Source: a virus (lineage: Duplodnaviria; Caudoviricetes). Taken from it: 61,667 nt of DNA. Under the pieces are notes generated by a model, which was not told the DNA's origin, searched no databases, and was given only the letters and a program-made list of their open reading frames with translations. Positions 7,594 through 21,700 of this stretch are shown here, one piece after another. A program made the translations under genes and the position numbers. Positions within the stretch are counted from its first letter, which is position 1. Each line of letters begins with the position of its first letter. The DNA lies in the IMG/VR virus record IMGVR_UViG_3300020468_000006, positions 1-61,667 of that record; one strand, written 5' to 3'.

Positions 7594-9699
7594 ATGCCAG
7601 CCACACCATCAGAATTAACGTCACTGGACTTCTTTGAGATCAAGGAGTCTATAAAGTCGTACCTAAGAACTCGTGATGAGTTCACTGACTACGACTTCGA
7701 GGGATCTGCTGCATCCTACATGATTGATATACTTGCTTACAACACGTATTACACATCATTTAATGCCAACATGTCTATGAACGAGGCATTCTTGGAATCA
7801 GCGACCGTAAGAGATAATATTGTAAGAGTAGCGAAGCAGTTAGGATATACACCAAGATCAATTAAGGCATCTAAGGCATGTGTGAGGATGGCAGTGCAGA
7901 CTGCACTGATTGCAGGGGGTCAAACCTACCCTGATACTGTTACTATTAAGAAGGGTGATGTATTTGTGTCTAAAAACACGAATGACACATACACTTACTG
8001 CTTGATGCAAGATACTACTGTAGCAGTTGACCAGAATAGTGGAATTGCTAACTTTGCTCAGGTTATAATTTATCAAGGTAACTTATTAACCTTTAATTAC
8101 ACTGTTGATGATACTAGAAAGCAAGAATTTGTAATTCCATCAGAATCTGTTGATACTGAACTACTAACTGTCTCTGTAAAACCATCAGAGCAGTCTGTAG
8201 AGATCGACCAGTACTCAATATCATCTAACGTAGTAGATATGACTGCTACATCTAGAAATTACTTCTTAGAAGAGACTGAAGACCTTAGATATAAGGTAAT
8301 TTTCGGTGATGGAGTTCTAGGACGTAAATTAATCGATAATGAATTTGTAATGCTGCAATATGTGACGACTGCAGGTACAGAAGCAAACGGATGTACCAAG
8401 TTTTCATTCATTGGTCGTGCAGTAGACTCTACTAATCGTCCTATACCTCCTTCTAGCATGTCTCTAGCGACTATAGACGGTAGTCAAGACGGTACAGACA
8501 GAGAATCGGCACTAGGTATCAAATTCCGTGCTCCAAGGCAGTTCTCGACCCAATCTAGGGCGGTTACAGAAGACGACTACGCTTATATCGTCTCTGACCT
8601 ATATCCTCAAGCAGCAGCAGTTACTGCATATGGTGGAGAGAAGTTAAGTCCTCCTGTATACGGTAAAGTATACATTGCTGTTAGATCAAAATCAGGTGTT
8701 AACCTTAATACCACTACAAAGACACGTATTAAGAACCAGTTGCTGAAATATTCGATGGCATCTATCGAACCAGTAATCGTTGACCCAACAATCTTTTATA
8801 TTACTCCTAAAGTTTACCCTTTCTATAATGGTAACAATACTACTAGATCAGCAAACGAACTAGGTACTGAAATTCTTAAATCAATTGATCAATATAATGG
8901 ACAAAACCGTGAGAACAGATTTGGTAGTAGATTAGAGAAGTCAAGGTTTAACTCAATGGTTGATGCATCAGATGATGCGATATCTGGAACTAGTACCCAG
9001 ATAACAATGGGACAGAATCTAGATCAGTTTACGTTTGGGAACGTATTTACTCAATGTCTAGACTTTGGTAACCCAATTACTAACCCTAGTGACCTTGGTG
9101 GAAACGATGCAGGAGACAGTACATGCCCTCCTAAGTATTCATCAGTTAAATCTGGTAAGTTCTATGCCACAGGGTACACAGAGAACCTTGCAGACCTCTT
9201 AGCGGATGGGTCTACTGCAGGTGGTGGAACAGCAAGTGGTGCAGCATCAGATGCTTCCGATGCTGTATATTCTTCTGCAAATAGAACCACTGAAGTGTTA
9301 GTACCTGTTAACATTAGAGATGATGGTAAGGGTAATTTACTCTTAGTAACTACACGTAACGAAAAAGAGGTAACTCTAAACAGTTCTATCGGAACTGTTG
9401 ATTACACAAACGGTGTTGTTTGTGTAGGACCTTTAGATGTTGCTGATACATCCGATGGAACAACCAGAATCCCTGTTGTAGTCTATCCTGACAGCGATTC
9501 TATCACTATACCACCAGGCGTTGATCCTACAATCTTTAACCCTGAAGTGTACCCAATTGATTATGTAACAAACCCTACCACAGTCCCAAGTTTTGATCCC
9601 AACAACTTTGGTGGATGGAACTATGGTGGAACCCCAATAAATATCATCAGTTACCCGATTGATGCGTTTACATACCCAGAAGTCGATTCCTGTTTCTAA
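7594..9699 (+). CDS. gp6: baseplate wedge subunit gp6
   Basis: LDFFEIKESIKSYL...FTDYDFEGS...DILAYNTYY...NEAFLESA..RDNIV..AKQLGYTPRS, plus FGDGVLG and RAVTEDDY. Confidence 0.95.
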   Translation: MPATPSELTSLDFFEIKESIKSYLRTRDEFTDYDFEGSAASYMIDILAYNTYYTSFNANMSMNEAFLESATVRDNIVRVAKQLGYTPRSIKASKACVRMAVQTALIAGGQTYPDTVTIKKGDVFVSKNTNDTYTYCLMQDTTVAVDQNSGIANFAQVIIYQGNLLTFNYTVDDTRKQEFVIPSESVDTELLTVSVKPSEQSVEIDQYSISSNVVDMTATSRNYFLEETEDLRYKVIFGDGVLGRKLIDNEFVMLQYVTTAGTEANGCTKFSFIGRAVDSTNRPIPPSSMSLATIDGSQDGTDRESALGIKFRAPRQFSTQSRAVTEDDYAYIVSDLYPQAAAVTAYGGEKLSPPVYGKVYIAVRSKSGVNLNTTTKTRIKNQLLKYSMASIEPVIVDPTIFYITPKVYPFYNGNNTTRSANELGTEILKSIDQYNGQNRENRFGSRLEKSRFNSMVDASDDAISGTSTQITMGQNLDQFTFGNVFTQCLDFGNPITNPSDLGGNDAGDSTCPPKYSSVKSGKFYATGYTENLADLLADGSTAGGGTASGAASDASDAVYSSANRTTEVLVPVNIRDDGKGNLLLVTTRNEKEVTLNSSIGTVDYTNGVVCVGPLDVADTSDGTTRIPVVVYPDSDSITIPPGVDPTIFNPEVYPIDYVTNPTTVPSFDPNNFGGWNYGGTPINIISYPIDAFTYPEVDSCF

Positions 9700-9702
9700 C
9701 GA

Positions 9703-12700
9703 ATGCAAACTATTAGTTCTGTAAATATATCCGATAGAGTCGAAGGTCAATTACCTGATTTTATCAAGCAAGAAGACGAGCAGTTTGTCTCGTTTCTGTT
9801 TGAGTATTATAAATCACAGGAAAAGACAGGTCGTCCTTATGATCTATTAAACAATATCCTAACTTACTTGGATATTGATGCATATGATCAAAAAGTCTTA
9901 GCGTCTTCTACTGAATTAATAAAAGACGTTGATACAGCAAACTCACTTATAGAAGTTGAGTCAATTGATGGATTTATGGATCGTGATGGATCTGTAATGA
10001 TCGATAACGAAGTAATTTACTACGAAGAGACAGTTCGTGGTCCTGATGCTATCCTAACACCAGGTTTATCACTAGAAGAATTTAATAAAAAGAGACAAGA
10101 ACTAGAAAGTCCATTTTTAGACTTTGATGGGGTCACTACAACCTTCCCACTTAAGTTTCTAGGTACTCCAGTCTCACCAGTCTCAGCAGAGCACTTAGCA
10201 GTCATAGTTTACAATCAAAGTATGATCCCTAATGTGGATTATACGATTAGTGGTACTAATATAACTTATACTGTTGCTCCTAGAGCTAGAATAGGTACTG
10301 ATATAGTTGGTTCTACTAGAATCCTTTATTACATTGGTTTTGCCGACTCTGTAATCAAAGAATTAGTCTTCCCTGCTCCTGCAGGACTTGCAGGTCAAGA
10401 TTCTATGACTCTTGGTTATGATAATCTAGCATATTCACCAATTTCAGAGATTGGTTTGATTATCAACCGTAATGGTCTTCTACTATCACCATATATCGAC
10501 TATGTGTTGACTGATAACAACACACAGATCAAGTATTTTGTAAATATCGCTCCAAACGATATATTTCACATTCGTTCTATCGAATATGTGTCACCTTCTG
10601 TTGGTACTGGTGCAAAAGCGGTTACTCGTGTTGGACTGAATGGAGAAATCGAAGCAATTCAGGTAAAAGATGGTGGTAAGCAATATGAACTAAACTTTGC
10701 ACCTAAAGTTTCTATTACATCGAGTACTGGAACAGGGCGTGGTTCGGCTGCACGAACATTAGTTGCAGGAATTAAAAATATACAGCTAATTAACGGTGGA
10801 CAAGGATACACAGCATACAACCCACCTAAAGTATTAATAACACCACCTACTGATCAGGTAAATGGTAGTGGTGCTAAGGCATCCATCACAGTTGATGATA
10901 CAACAGGTCAAGTTAGTTCTATTCAGATCACTAACTCTGGATCTGGTTATGACTTCATTCCTGCAATAAGTTTTGTAAACCCATCTGGTGCTATCATCAC
11001 TGATCCAACGATTGACTCCGAGGGTAGATTAAATGCAGGTACTATTACTATTACTGATGGTGGTATAGGTTACAGTAATCCACCTACAATCTATATTGAC
11101 GCTGCTCCCACTGACGGAGTTGATGCTGTTGCTGAGTGTACAGTGTCACCCGATGGTGAAATAGTAGCTGTTACTATTACTAACAGAGGTAGAGGATATA
11201 CTTCTGCCCCTAGAGCAAGAGTTGTGCAACCTATTGGTGCTCAAGTTCTAGATGTTACCGTTGCAAACGGTTCTGTTACTAATGTTAACTTATTAACTGG
11301 TGGAAAGGGATATACTGATGCTCCATCTGTTTATATTGTAGATGATCGTAAAGGACCTCTAGGAGAGTCAATTGGTGGTACTGGTGCAGAAGCAGCAGCA
11401 ACTATCTTTAACGGTGAGATTACAGATATCAATATTATATCATTTGGTACTGGATACTCAACTACAGAACCACCTAGAGTATACATCGCAGAACCCTTGT
11501 CAGCACAGTCATCTTGCGACGTTGGATTTGGGGAAGTTACTGGTTTTACCATTCTATCATCTGGTAGAGAGTATCAACCATCTTCATTAAAGGGATGTGC
11601 TAGAGGTGTATCTGAAATTGTAGAATTTGATAAGTTCGGTAATCAAATATATGCAAAAGAGTCACAACTAAGGCAAAGTAACCATACTACTGGTGCTATT
11701 GTACATAACCTTGATGCAAAGATCATTACACAGGTATTTGACAAGTTCCGTCGTCAATATATGCCTACAATCAACATTGACTATACTCAAGTCAACCCGA
11801 TTCAGGTTATTAAGACAATTAAGGACTTCTATGCATCTAAAGGTACGAAGACTGCTGCACAATATCTCTTTAAGATCTTATTTGGTGAAGAAGTTGATAT
11901 ATTCTATCCTAGAGACGAACTAATCAAACCATCTGATGCTTCTTGGGTAGTTGACACTATTTTACGTGCTGAGTTGATTTCGGGTGACCCTGCAAACTTA
12001 TCAAATGCTCAGTTAGTCCAGAATGCTGATGAGGTTGACCAAAATATTAAAGATGCTACTGTATTGATCGAAAACGTCATTTCTATTATAGAAGGAACTG
12101 ACGTAATCTACGAATTAGCAATATCTGAAGAAACTTTAACAGGTACCTTTAAGATTCCTTATAAAACAAGTCTTGTAGAACCTTTATCAACAACTGGTAA
12201 CATAATAACTGTTGACTCCACTATTGGATGGCCAGAAAAGAACGGAACTATCATAATTAACGATCAAGAGACTGTACAGTATAAAGATAAGTCACTTAAC
12301 CAGTTCATTGAGTGTACTAGGTCTAAAAATGGTGTAGTAGAAGACTGGGATCCTGGCACATTAGTTTATTCAGACATATTTGTCTATGTAAACCAAGGAT
12401 TAGCTAACGAAGTCAAATTAAGAGTCTTAGGTATTGCTGAAGCGGGTACTACAGTCCTAGAAGACAGTGGTTCTTACTATCTACCTGGTGACAAGTTAAA
12501 TGTTGCTGCTTTAGGATCAACTGACATTGATGAGAGACTACAATCATGGTTATATAACGTTAAGAAGTTAATTAGTGTTACTAGTATCACACCAGGTGGT
12601 ATAAACAACCAAACTGCAACTGTTGTTTGTTCTAATGCTCATGGTTTGCTTGTAGAAGACCAAGTTACCATCTATGGTGCTAACCCTGCTGTTTACAATG

Positions 12701-15700
12701 GTACATTTGAGGTTACATCTCGTCTAAACGACTTTACCTTCTCTTATAATATACCTACCCCAATGGATATCGTTCCACAGGGTAATATCTTACTTTCTGT
12801 TGACTTAAACAGAGGTAAGTCACAAACATCCACTATTAATGAAGTAGTTTCACTGTTTACTTCTAATATACAGAATGCTTTCTTTAATCAAGACTATGTT
12901 TATGTTGCAGCGTCTGGATTGCCCAACTATAAGATAGGTCCTTTCCAAGGTTCTGCTATTATACCAGGAAACCAAAGAAAACTACTTAGATTCCCTAGAA
13001 CAGTAGAAACTATTTCTACAAGAACAGCAATTGGTGCTAACAACCCAATTGGTGCTTGGGTTAACGGTGTTTCTGCTTGGTCTTACAAATCTTCCGAATT
13101 TGTCACCTTTGGTCCTCTTACTGCTATCAATATTACCAATTCAGGTATAGATTATGATGCAGGATCAAAACCAGCTCTAGAAATCACTGGTGGTGGCGGT
13201 ACAGGTGCTGCAGCGACTGTTACTGTTAATGGTTCATTAAGTAATGTAGAAGTTTTAACTGAAGGTACTGGATATACATCTCAACCTCTAATTTCTATCG
13301 TTGGTGGTGGTGGACAGGGTGCAACTGCACAAGCAGTTGTTACGAACGGTAGAGTAACAAGAATTCTAGTAGAAAACGCAGGAACTGGATATACATCACA
13401 ACCTACAATATCAATCACTGGTGGAAATGGTGCAGGTGCTACTGCTACTGCCTCTGTACGAGGTGTAATCAGTGCAGTTACACTAAGTAGCACAGGAAGT
13501 GGTTATACGTCTACACCGACCATAAAACTCAATTCTGGAGAAGGTGCATTAGCACAACCAATCGTTATCAACGGTAGAATCGTATCTATTGCTATTATTA
13601 ACTCTGGTTCAGCATATACATCAGCACCTACTGTTTATATTAATGGTGATGGATTTGGTGCTACTGCAACTGCAGTTATTGGTACATTAGGTGAAGATAA
13701 GGGTAAAGTTATCTCAGTATCAATTACAAACAGAGGTGTTGGATATACACAGGGAATGACTGCTGTTAGAATGGAAGCAGTTGGTCAATTAGCAACATTT
13801 ACTGCTGATGTCTTCCAGTGGAACAAAAACGTAGAATATCAATTAGATCCTGATCCTGCTAACCCCACAGCAACTAATGCTGACGGATCTCTTAAGAAAA
13901 GGTATGACATAGCAAGAGGATATGTATTTACTGGATTTAATAACCAGTATGGTGGAGAATATGCTCACGTTTCAGATCCTAAAGAACTACGTTATGTAAT
14001 TGGTGATAATGTATTCCTAAACCCAGAAACTAATCGTTTCCAAGAAGTTCCTTCTAATATAGACCATTCTCCTATCATTGGATGGGCATTTGATGGTAAC
14101 CCAATCTATGGTCCTTATGCATACATCGATCCTACTGATCAGAACAGTGGTATTAGAAGAATGCGTTCTTCTTATAAAATTAAGACAGAACTTATTTTTG
14201 ATGAAGATACAAACCCAACTCCTGCTAGAATAGATGGTCCTTTATTAGCAAATTACCCTGCAGGATACTTTGTTAATGACTATACCTATACATTCCAACA
14301 AGGTGACCTAGATCAGTACAATGGACGTTTCTGTAAGACCCCAGACTACCCTGCAGGTACATATGCATACTTTATAACCATTGATGAGTCAGATGCAGGT
14401 TTACCTGTCTTCCCATACATCATTGGATCAAGTTTTAACTCAGTTGTTGATACTTGGAACCTTTCACTTAATGCTGTACAAGAAAACATCCCACAAGACG
14501 TTGCACGTTTCAGAGATCCATACGTTAACGTTGATATTGACATTGATCGTCAACCTAACCAAGAATCAGATTCATTTGTAACTGAGAAAGAAGGAGATCT
14601 TCTAATATTCGAAATAGAAGATATAGATGGTGATGCAATTATATCTCCTGCTGAAATAGCAACATTACAAGCAATAACTGAAGAAGCAGCACTACAGATC
14701 TATGATTACTTCCCTAGAGTATCAGCTGAGTCAAGAGTTGATATCGAAGTTGATACAACGACTAAATTTGAGTCTGCACAGATAGATGGATTCGTTGTAG
14801 AGAATGCAGGTGTATCTTATCAGGTAAATGACACTTTATTCTTTGATAACACAGGAACAGACGGGTTCGGGGCTTCTGCCATTATTGAGTCCGTCCAGGG
14901 CCGAACAATAAGTGCATATACAAAGGAAATCATTAATGATGTCCCACATGGTAAAATAACCACTGCAACTGCACATGATCTGATTGCACAAGACCAAATA
15001 ATCGTAAATTCCAAGGTTATTACTGATAACACTAATAAACGTTATTATACTTCAGTTGTTACTGGTATTGAGACTATTACAGTGACACAAACTGGTATTG
15101 GTTATAATACACAGATTCCACCAACATATGAGATCATTACAACCACTGGACAAGACGTTGCCTTTAATATTGTCCTAGATGAGACAACTGGTAAGGTTGG
15201 AAACGTTAATATCGTTAATAGTGGTTTTGGATACGATACTGCTAACCCTCCACAGATTAGAGTCTCTCATCCACAACAATACAAGAAAACTTACTACTGG
15301 TTATCTGAATATTACGAAGATACCGATAAAATCAACATTATCGATTCTAAAGTTGCAACAGACCGCCATATTTACATTTGTGGTGAATTAACTCAAGTTA
15401 ATGGTGATACTTCTGCATTCCTTGCTAAATTTACTGATTTGGGTGTTTTAGTCTGGGATAGAACACTTATTTCAGTTACTACCAATAAAAAGGCACGTTG
15501 GAAGTCAATGTACCTAGATCAGACTTCTGCAGAGAATCATTTGATCTATATCATCGGTGAAACCGAATCTCAGACAACTGCGACTTATAATCCCGATATT
15601 TTAGTTGCTAAGTACGAATCTGGTTATGATAACGCTAATGCACCTGAAGGAATCGTTAGATGGCAAAAAGAGATAGCTGGTGTCTCTGGATCCGCTAGAA

Positions 15701-18700
15701 GAGACTATGCGGGTGATATTCATCTAGATGATGAGCAAAGAGTCTATATTTGTGGTTGGACTGATACTAACTCTCCAGATCCTAATGATATCTGGGTTAT
15801 GCAACTTAATAACCTAGGTGACGTTGTTGAGAAGCGTAAATTTGCTTCTGATGCTGAAGGGGAAGAAATGACCCAATTATATTTCATTGGTAACAATAAA
15901 CTTCTATTTACTGGTATTGATTCTGATAATCAAGATATTATCTTTGGTGAGATGTCATATGATGGTGCAAACATAGAATTAACATATACTAAGAGACTTG
16001 CTGTTTCTGGTGGTAATGTACAACGTCCTCGTTTTGTTCTTGATGAATGGGATGATTTGTTCTTTATCTGTGATATGTTTAATGGAACTAAGAACTATGG
16101 TATAGCATTCTTTAAGATACCTTTAGATCAACTTTCCACTAACCCATCTACTCCAACATACACATATTCTAAGATTATTGCTCCTAGTGGTACTTTCGAG
16201 TCAATCAACCATGCAGGAATTAACATGGATGTATTTGGCAACGTTAGTATCGTTGCTGACCTTAAGTATGCAGATAATGACCGTCAAGCGGTTGTTATGA
16301 ACTTTAAGTATGATGGAACTCTATTAAAGTCTACTAATATTGCAGATACCAATGATATTGGTATGATAACTAGAACTCACCAAGTTGATAACTCTGGTGA
16401 TGTCATATTAACAAGTAATAAGCAACTTCCTGTACAAACATATGTTGCTCGTTTCGAGAATGAAAATGATTTAGATGAGGATAGCACAAAGCAAGCACTT
16501 GTAACTACAACCTTCTCCACACCTGCTAACGCAGCACATAATACATCAGAATATAAGTTTGGTGCAGGATCAGTTAAGTTCTCTGGTGGTCCTACTAACA
16601 TGAAGGCAGCAGGTGCAGGTCTTACAGGTAAATGGACTACTGAAGTGTGGTCACTATTGACTGCATCTCATGCATCTAACAACCCTAAGGTTGAGATGTT
16701 CACTATTGACGATGCAACTGGTAATAGTCTTATCGTTACTGTTGATGGTAATGCATCTAGTGGTAACTTAGGTAAGATTGAGATGACCATTGCACCTCAG
16801 GGTGGTGGTGGATCTACAACTGCTTCTGTTGGTTCTACATACTGGACTACTCTACAAGATGCAGCATGGCATCATTGGGCAGTTGTTAAAGACGAACCTA
16901 CACTTGGTTCTTACTCATACTCTGTATACTTTGATGGTATACAAGTTTGTACTGCTACTGTAACTACTAATATTGGTCTTAATGATCTTTATGTTGGTGC
17001 TAATAAGACAACTCCTGCTACAGCAAACTGTTTCTTAGGTAGTATTGATGACCTAGTTATCGATCCAAACACTGTATATACTGGTGCATCATTCACTGTT
17101 GCTACAGAGAGATACAGAATTACTTCTAATGATTCTAAAGTTAACCTTATTAAGTTTGATAGACAGCATGATAAGAGAGGTGCATATACTGCATTCAGTG
17201 AAACAACACATACTAAGGCATTATCATTTACAGAAACTACTGCTATTAATGTCAATACTCTTTCTAATCCAGTCATTACTACATGGAATGTAGGTGCATC
17301 TGGTTTACAGATTCTTGATTACTCTGATGTTTCCTCTCAGTTAACACCAGGTACTTACTCATTTACTAGTGCAATTCATCAGTATGCATCTAAGACTTCT
17401 ACTATACCATCTCCACTTGGTAGAAAAGTCAAGGTTACTGCTGTTCCAATGGCGAAGTTCTACATTAGAGATGCAGGATATCAGAAGATTGACCTAGTTA
17501 AAGAATTTACATTTAACCAAGCAGTTAAGTTCACTAAGGGAACTTTAATACAGCAAAAGAATGAACAGGGTATTATTCAGGCATATGGTACTATCGTTGA
17601 GGTTCCAACTGGTACATTAGACAATCCTGGTCTTGGTAACAAGTATAAGGTTGGTAAGATCTATGGTAACTTTAATAATGATACAACTGATCTATATCAG
17701 AATGATACAGGTGAAGAGAATACAATTGATGGAGTAGTATTTGAGCAACCAAGATTGCAAGATCAGTGGGTAGCAAGTAAAGCATATACTACTGATACAC
17801 AGGTTTATAATGCAGGTAAGATATACAAAGCAACTAACACAGCTACATCTGGTTCTACACCACCTACACATAATATTGGTATTGTAACTGACGGTTCTGT
17901 AACGTGGCAGTATATTAGTGCTGCAGGTGCTATACAGGTTGACTTGTCTGAGCATCCATGGCCAACACCTACAGAGACACTTTGGACTGCTAACAGATCC
18001 TTCTCTGTCAATGATTTAGTTTACTTTGCTAGACAGAAGTACAAATGTACTGTTGCAGGTGTAACAAGTAGTGTTGCTCCTACTCATACTACTGGTACTG
18101 CAACTGATGGTACAGTAACATGGGAATGGCAATCTACATATGATCCATTATCAAGTTATGCTAGGTTCAGAACCTATGATCCTGGTGATTATGCAGTTAA
18201 GATTCTTGAGGTATATCCTGAGTCTGATTTCATTGTCGGTGATGTAATTTCGCTTGGTGGTAGTGTTACCGCAGGGCCAAACACAGATAACCCCAAAATC
18301 GCTGATATCAATGGAGTTACAACTGTTAAGAAACTAGAATTAACTGTTAGACTTGACAAAGATATTGTTAGAACTGCTGAAACAAGAACTGATCTTATAT
18401 ACTGCTCTGCACTCATTGCACATAGATTTACTGCAGGAGATATCCTATTTGTTACTGGATTCCAAGGAACTCAGTTTGATGGATCATTCTTCGTAGAGGA
18501 AATCTTCTCTTCTAGAGACTATACTTATAGGATGAGAGCAAATGCTGTTTCTGATCCTACATTTGATAACAATGCTATTGCTAATGTTAAGATATCTTCT
18601 AAGCACCCAACATTATTACTAGTAAGGAATCATTCATACATCTTTGACTTGAGTGATGCTTCTAACCAAGGATATTTCTTATCATTCTCTCAAGATAACC

Positions 18701-21700
18701 AGTTTAAACTAGAATACTCATTTAACGTTATTGAGAGATCTGGAACACCTGGTCAATCATCTACAACTGAAACTCCTACAGTTAAGTTTACAGTTGGTGG
18801 TGAAGTAACTAATATCACATACTACTTCGATCCTAGTAGAACACTTTCTACCAATTCTCCAGTTGGTGCTAACTCCTTTATTGATGTTATCAAGACACCT
18901 TATGATGGTACATTTACTATCTCAAATGTTATTAGTGATACTGAGTTCAGATTCCCATTAGATCAAGAACCAGAATTTAATAGTGCTGAGATTGGTGAGG
19001 ATGATCAAGATAGACCTAACTCTTTCTATTCTACAACGTCTACTAAAGCAATTGGTCCTATCAATACTATTAAGTTGATATCAGCAGGTGGATTCTACAA
19101 AAAATTACCGATCGTTTCTGACATTGCTTCTAATCGTAAGATCGAAAGAATTGTTATTGCTAACGGTGGTACTGAATATGCACCTGGCGTATATACACAG
19201 GTTCCTATTATAGGTGATGGTGAAGGTGGTCTATTAAACATTACAGTAGAAATAGATCAAGAAACTGATTCTGGTACTATTACCCAAGTTGCTCTTATTG
19301 ATCCAGGTTCAGGTTATACTACAGGTTCTGTTGATGTAGATGCTATACCAGGAATTTTAGGACAGACTCTATCTGGTTCTGGTGCAGAACTAACTGTTGT
19401 TATACCTGCTGAAGGTACAGGTGCTTCTGTATTCTTAACTGGTACACAGATTGGTAAGATCAAAACTCTTAAGAACAATGAATTTGGTTATGGTTACTCT
19501 CATGACTATACTCTACGTCCTGAGATTGCATTCCCAGTTAACTTACAACTCTTTAACACCTCAATACTTTCACAGATCAAGATAACTAATCCAGGTGCTG
19601 GCTATACATCTTCTCCTGTAGTTGTTATCTCTGGTGGTGGTGGAACTGGTGCTGATGCAGAAGCAATTGTTAAGAACAACAGGCTATCTGAAATTATTGT
19701 TAAAGATCCAGGTTCGGGATACAGTTCAGAACCAACTGTTCTTCTAAAATCAGAATTTACATACGTTGTTAACTTAGACCTTAACTACTTACAGTTTAAC
19801 TTCCCACACGGTATTACAACTGGTGCTGAGGTACAGTTTAGGGCAGAAGATATTGGTACTACAGTCGGTGAACTACCAAAACCAAGTTCAGTTGGTTTGA
19901 CATCACTATCTTCCACTCAGACATACTACGCTATTGCAGGTGATGCAAACTCTCTAGAATCTGATCAGTTACGTTTTGCTTTGACACCTGCTGATTCAGC
20001 GTCTGGTAACTTTATTACATTCCTAACACAAGGTGAAGGTAGACAGGTTCTTCTTACTCAAGTATTTGGTGGTACTGCTAGTGCTGTTGTTGAGACTTCT
20101 AGATTCTTAGCATCTGAGCAAGTATTCCAAGGTGAGTCTTTCGAATTAGCAAATGCTTTCGGTACAGTTTCTACTAACGATGGATGGCAGATAGGTCCTA
20201 AGATTCTTAAGGTTGTTAATCCTACAGGTGACTTCGTTGCAGGTGGTAAGGTTCAGGGTGTTATATCTCGTGCATCTGGTATTATTGATAACGTACAGAT
20301 CGCTAAAGGTATTCTAAACATTGATGCTCTTACTAGAACATCTGGTAGATTTATTGATGACGTTGGTAAACCATCAGAGATTGTACAGAAGATTCAGGAC
20401 TCTTACTTCTATCAGAACTTCTCATATGTTATTAAGTCACAAATTCCAATTAACCGTTGGAAGAAGCAGGTATTAGAGAATAACCACCCTGCAGGATTTA
20501 ATATGTTTGGTCAGTTAGAACTGACTGGTGGTAAGGACGTTTCTGGACGTAAGATTGGTACTGAGTTTACTAAACAGGTTAATATTAATGAGTATACAAA
20601 TGTCAACCAGATTACATCATTTGGTGCTGCACAACCAATCTATTCTACATTTAACAACTCTGAAGTTCTATTCAGAAAGAAAAGACTAACAAACTCTGAG
20701 GAAATCTTAACATCTATCGTTAAGAAGTTAGATAATATCTCAAGTCAGTTTGATGGTTCTACTAAGGCATTTAACCTTACTGTAGAAGGTGATCAGGTTA
20801 TTATTAAAGAGAATCAGATGTTGGTCACCTTAAACGGTGTTATCCAGTCACCTGGTACTGCATATCAAATTGTTGGTAATCAAATCGTATTTGCTGAACC
20901 ACCAAGACCAGATTCTAAGGTTGTTTATAGAAACGTAGATATACAGATATTACAGATTACTAAACTGAATCTAAACACTATTGGTGGTATATTCCCATCT
21001 ATCGGTGATTTTGTTTCTGGATTCACTTCTAATGCTAGTGCTAGAGTTGTTGCTACAGGTGCAACCAGTATTGACGTTATTGACATCACTGGTGGTCCTT
21101 TCCAAAACAATGAACGTATTGATGTAAATAGAACTGGATTTAGTGCATTGATCGGTAGTTTTGCACCTATCAACCAAGATACAATCTTTGAGTTTGCAGA
21201 AACAGTTACTAAGGTTTCATTAACAGCAGAGACTGCTAAAATCGAAGAAACTAACTTAGATCTTGATGGTAACATTGATTCTTCATTAGTTCTATCTAAG
21301 ACATCTGGTACTGCTGAATTTGAGACTGGTGTTTATAATATTCTCTTAAATGACTTTATATACTCTTCAGCATCAAATATTGCTGCTAAGATTGTTAGCA
21401 TATCTCCATATAGAGATCCTATCAGTTCTATTCAGTTAACAAGTGGTGCTGCCTTCTTAGAAGGTGATCAGGTTACTGGTGGTAATTCAGGTGCTGTGGC
21501 AGAGGTTGTACGAGTAGATGATGCTTTAAATCCTCCTGTATTGTACTTTGTTGCTAAATCAGTTGCATCATTCGTTAGTGGTGAAACAATTACTGCAGGT
21601 GCTATTAATGATATTGTTGTTGGAGATATCACAAGAGGTGACGTTGTTGACACTCTTATCATTAACAAAGGTTCATCATTCTTTGGATTAGTATTTGAGA

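Noticed and set aside
14861-14906. GC-rich patch with inverted repeat GTTCGG/CCGAAC inside gp7
   Set aside because: Only a 6-bp stem, which is expected by chance in 60 kb; there is no other support.
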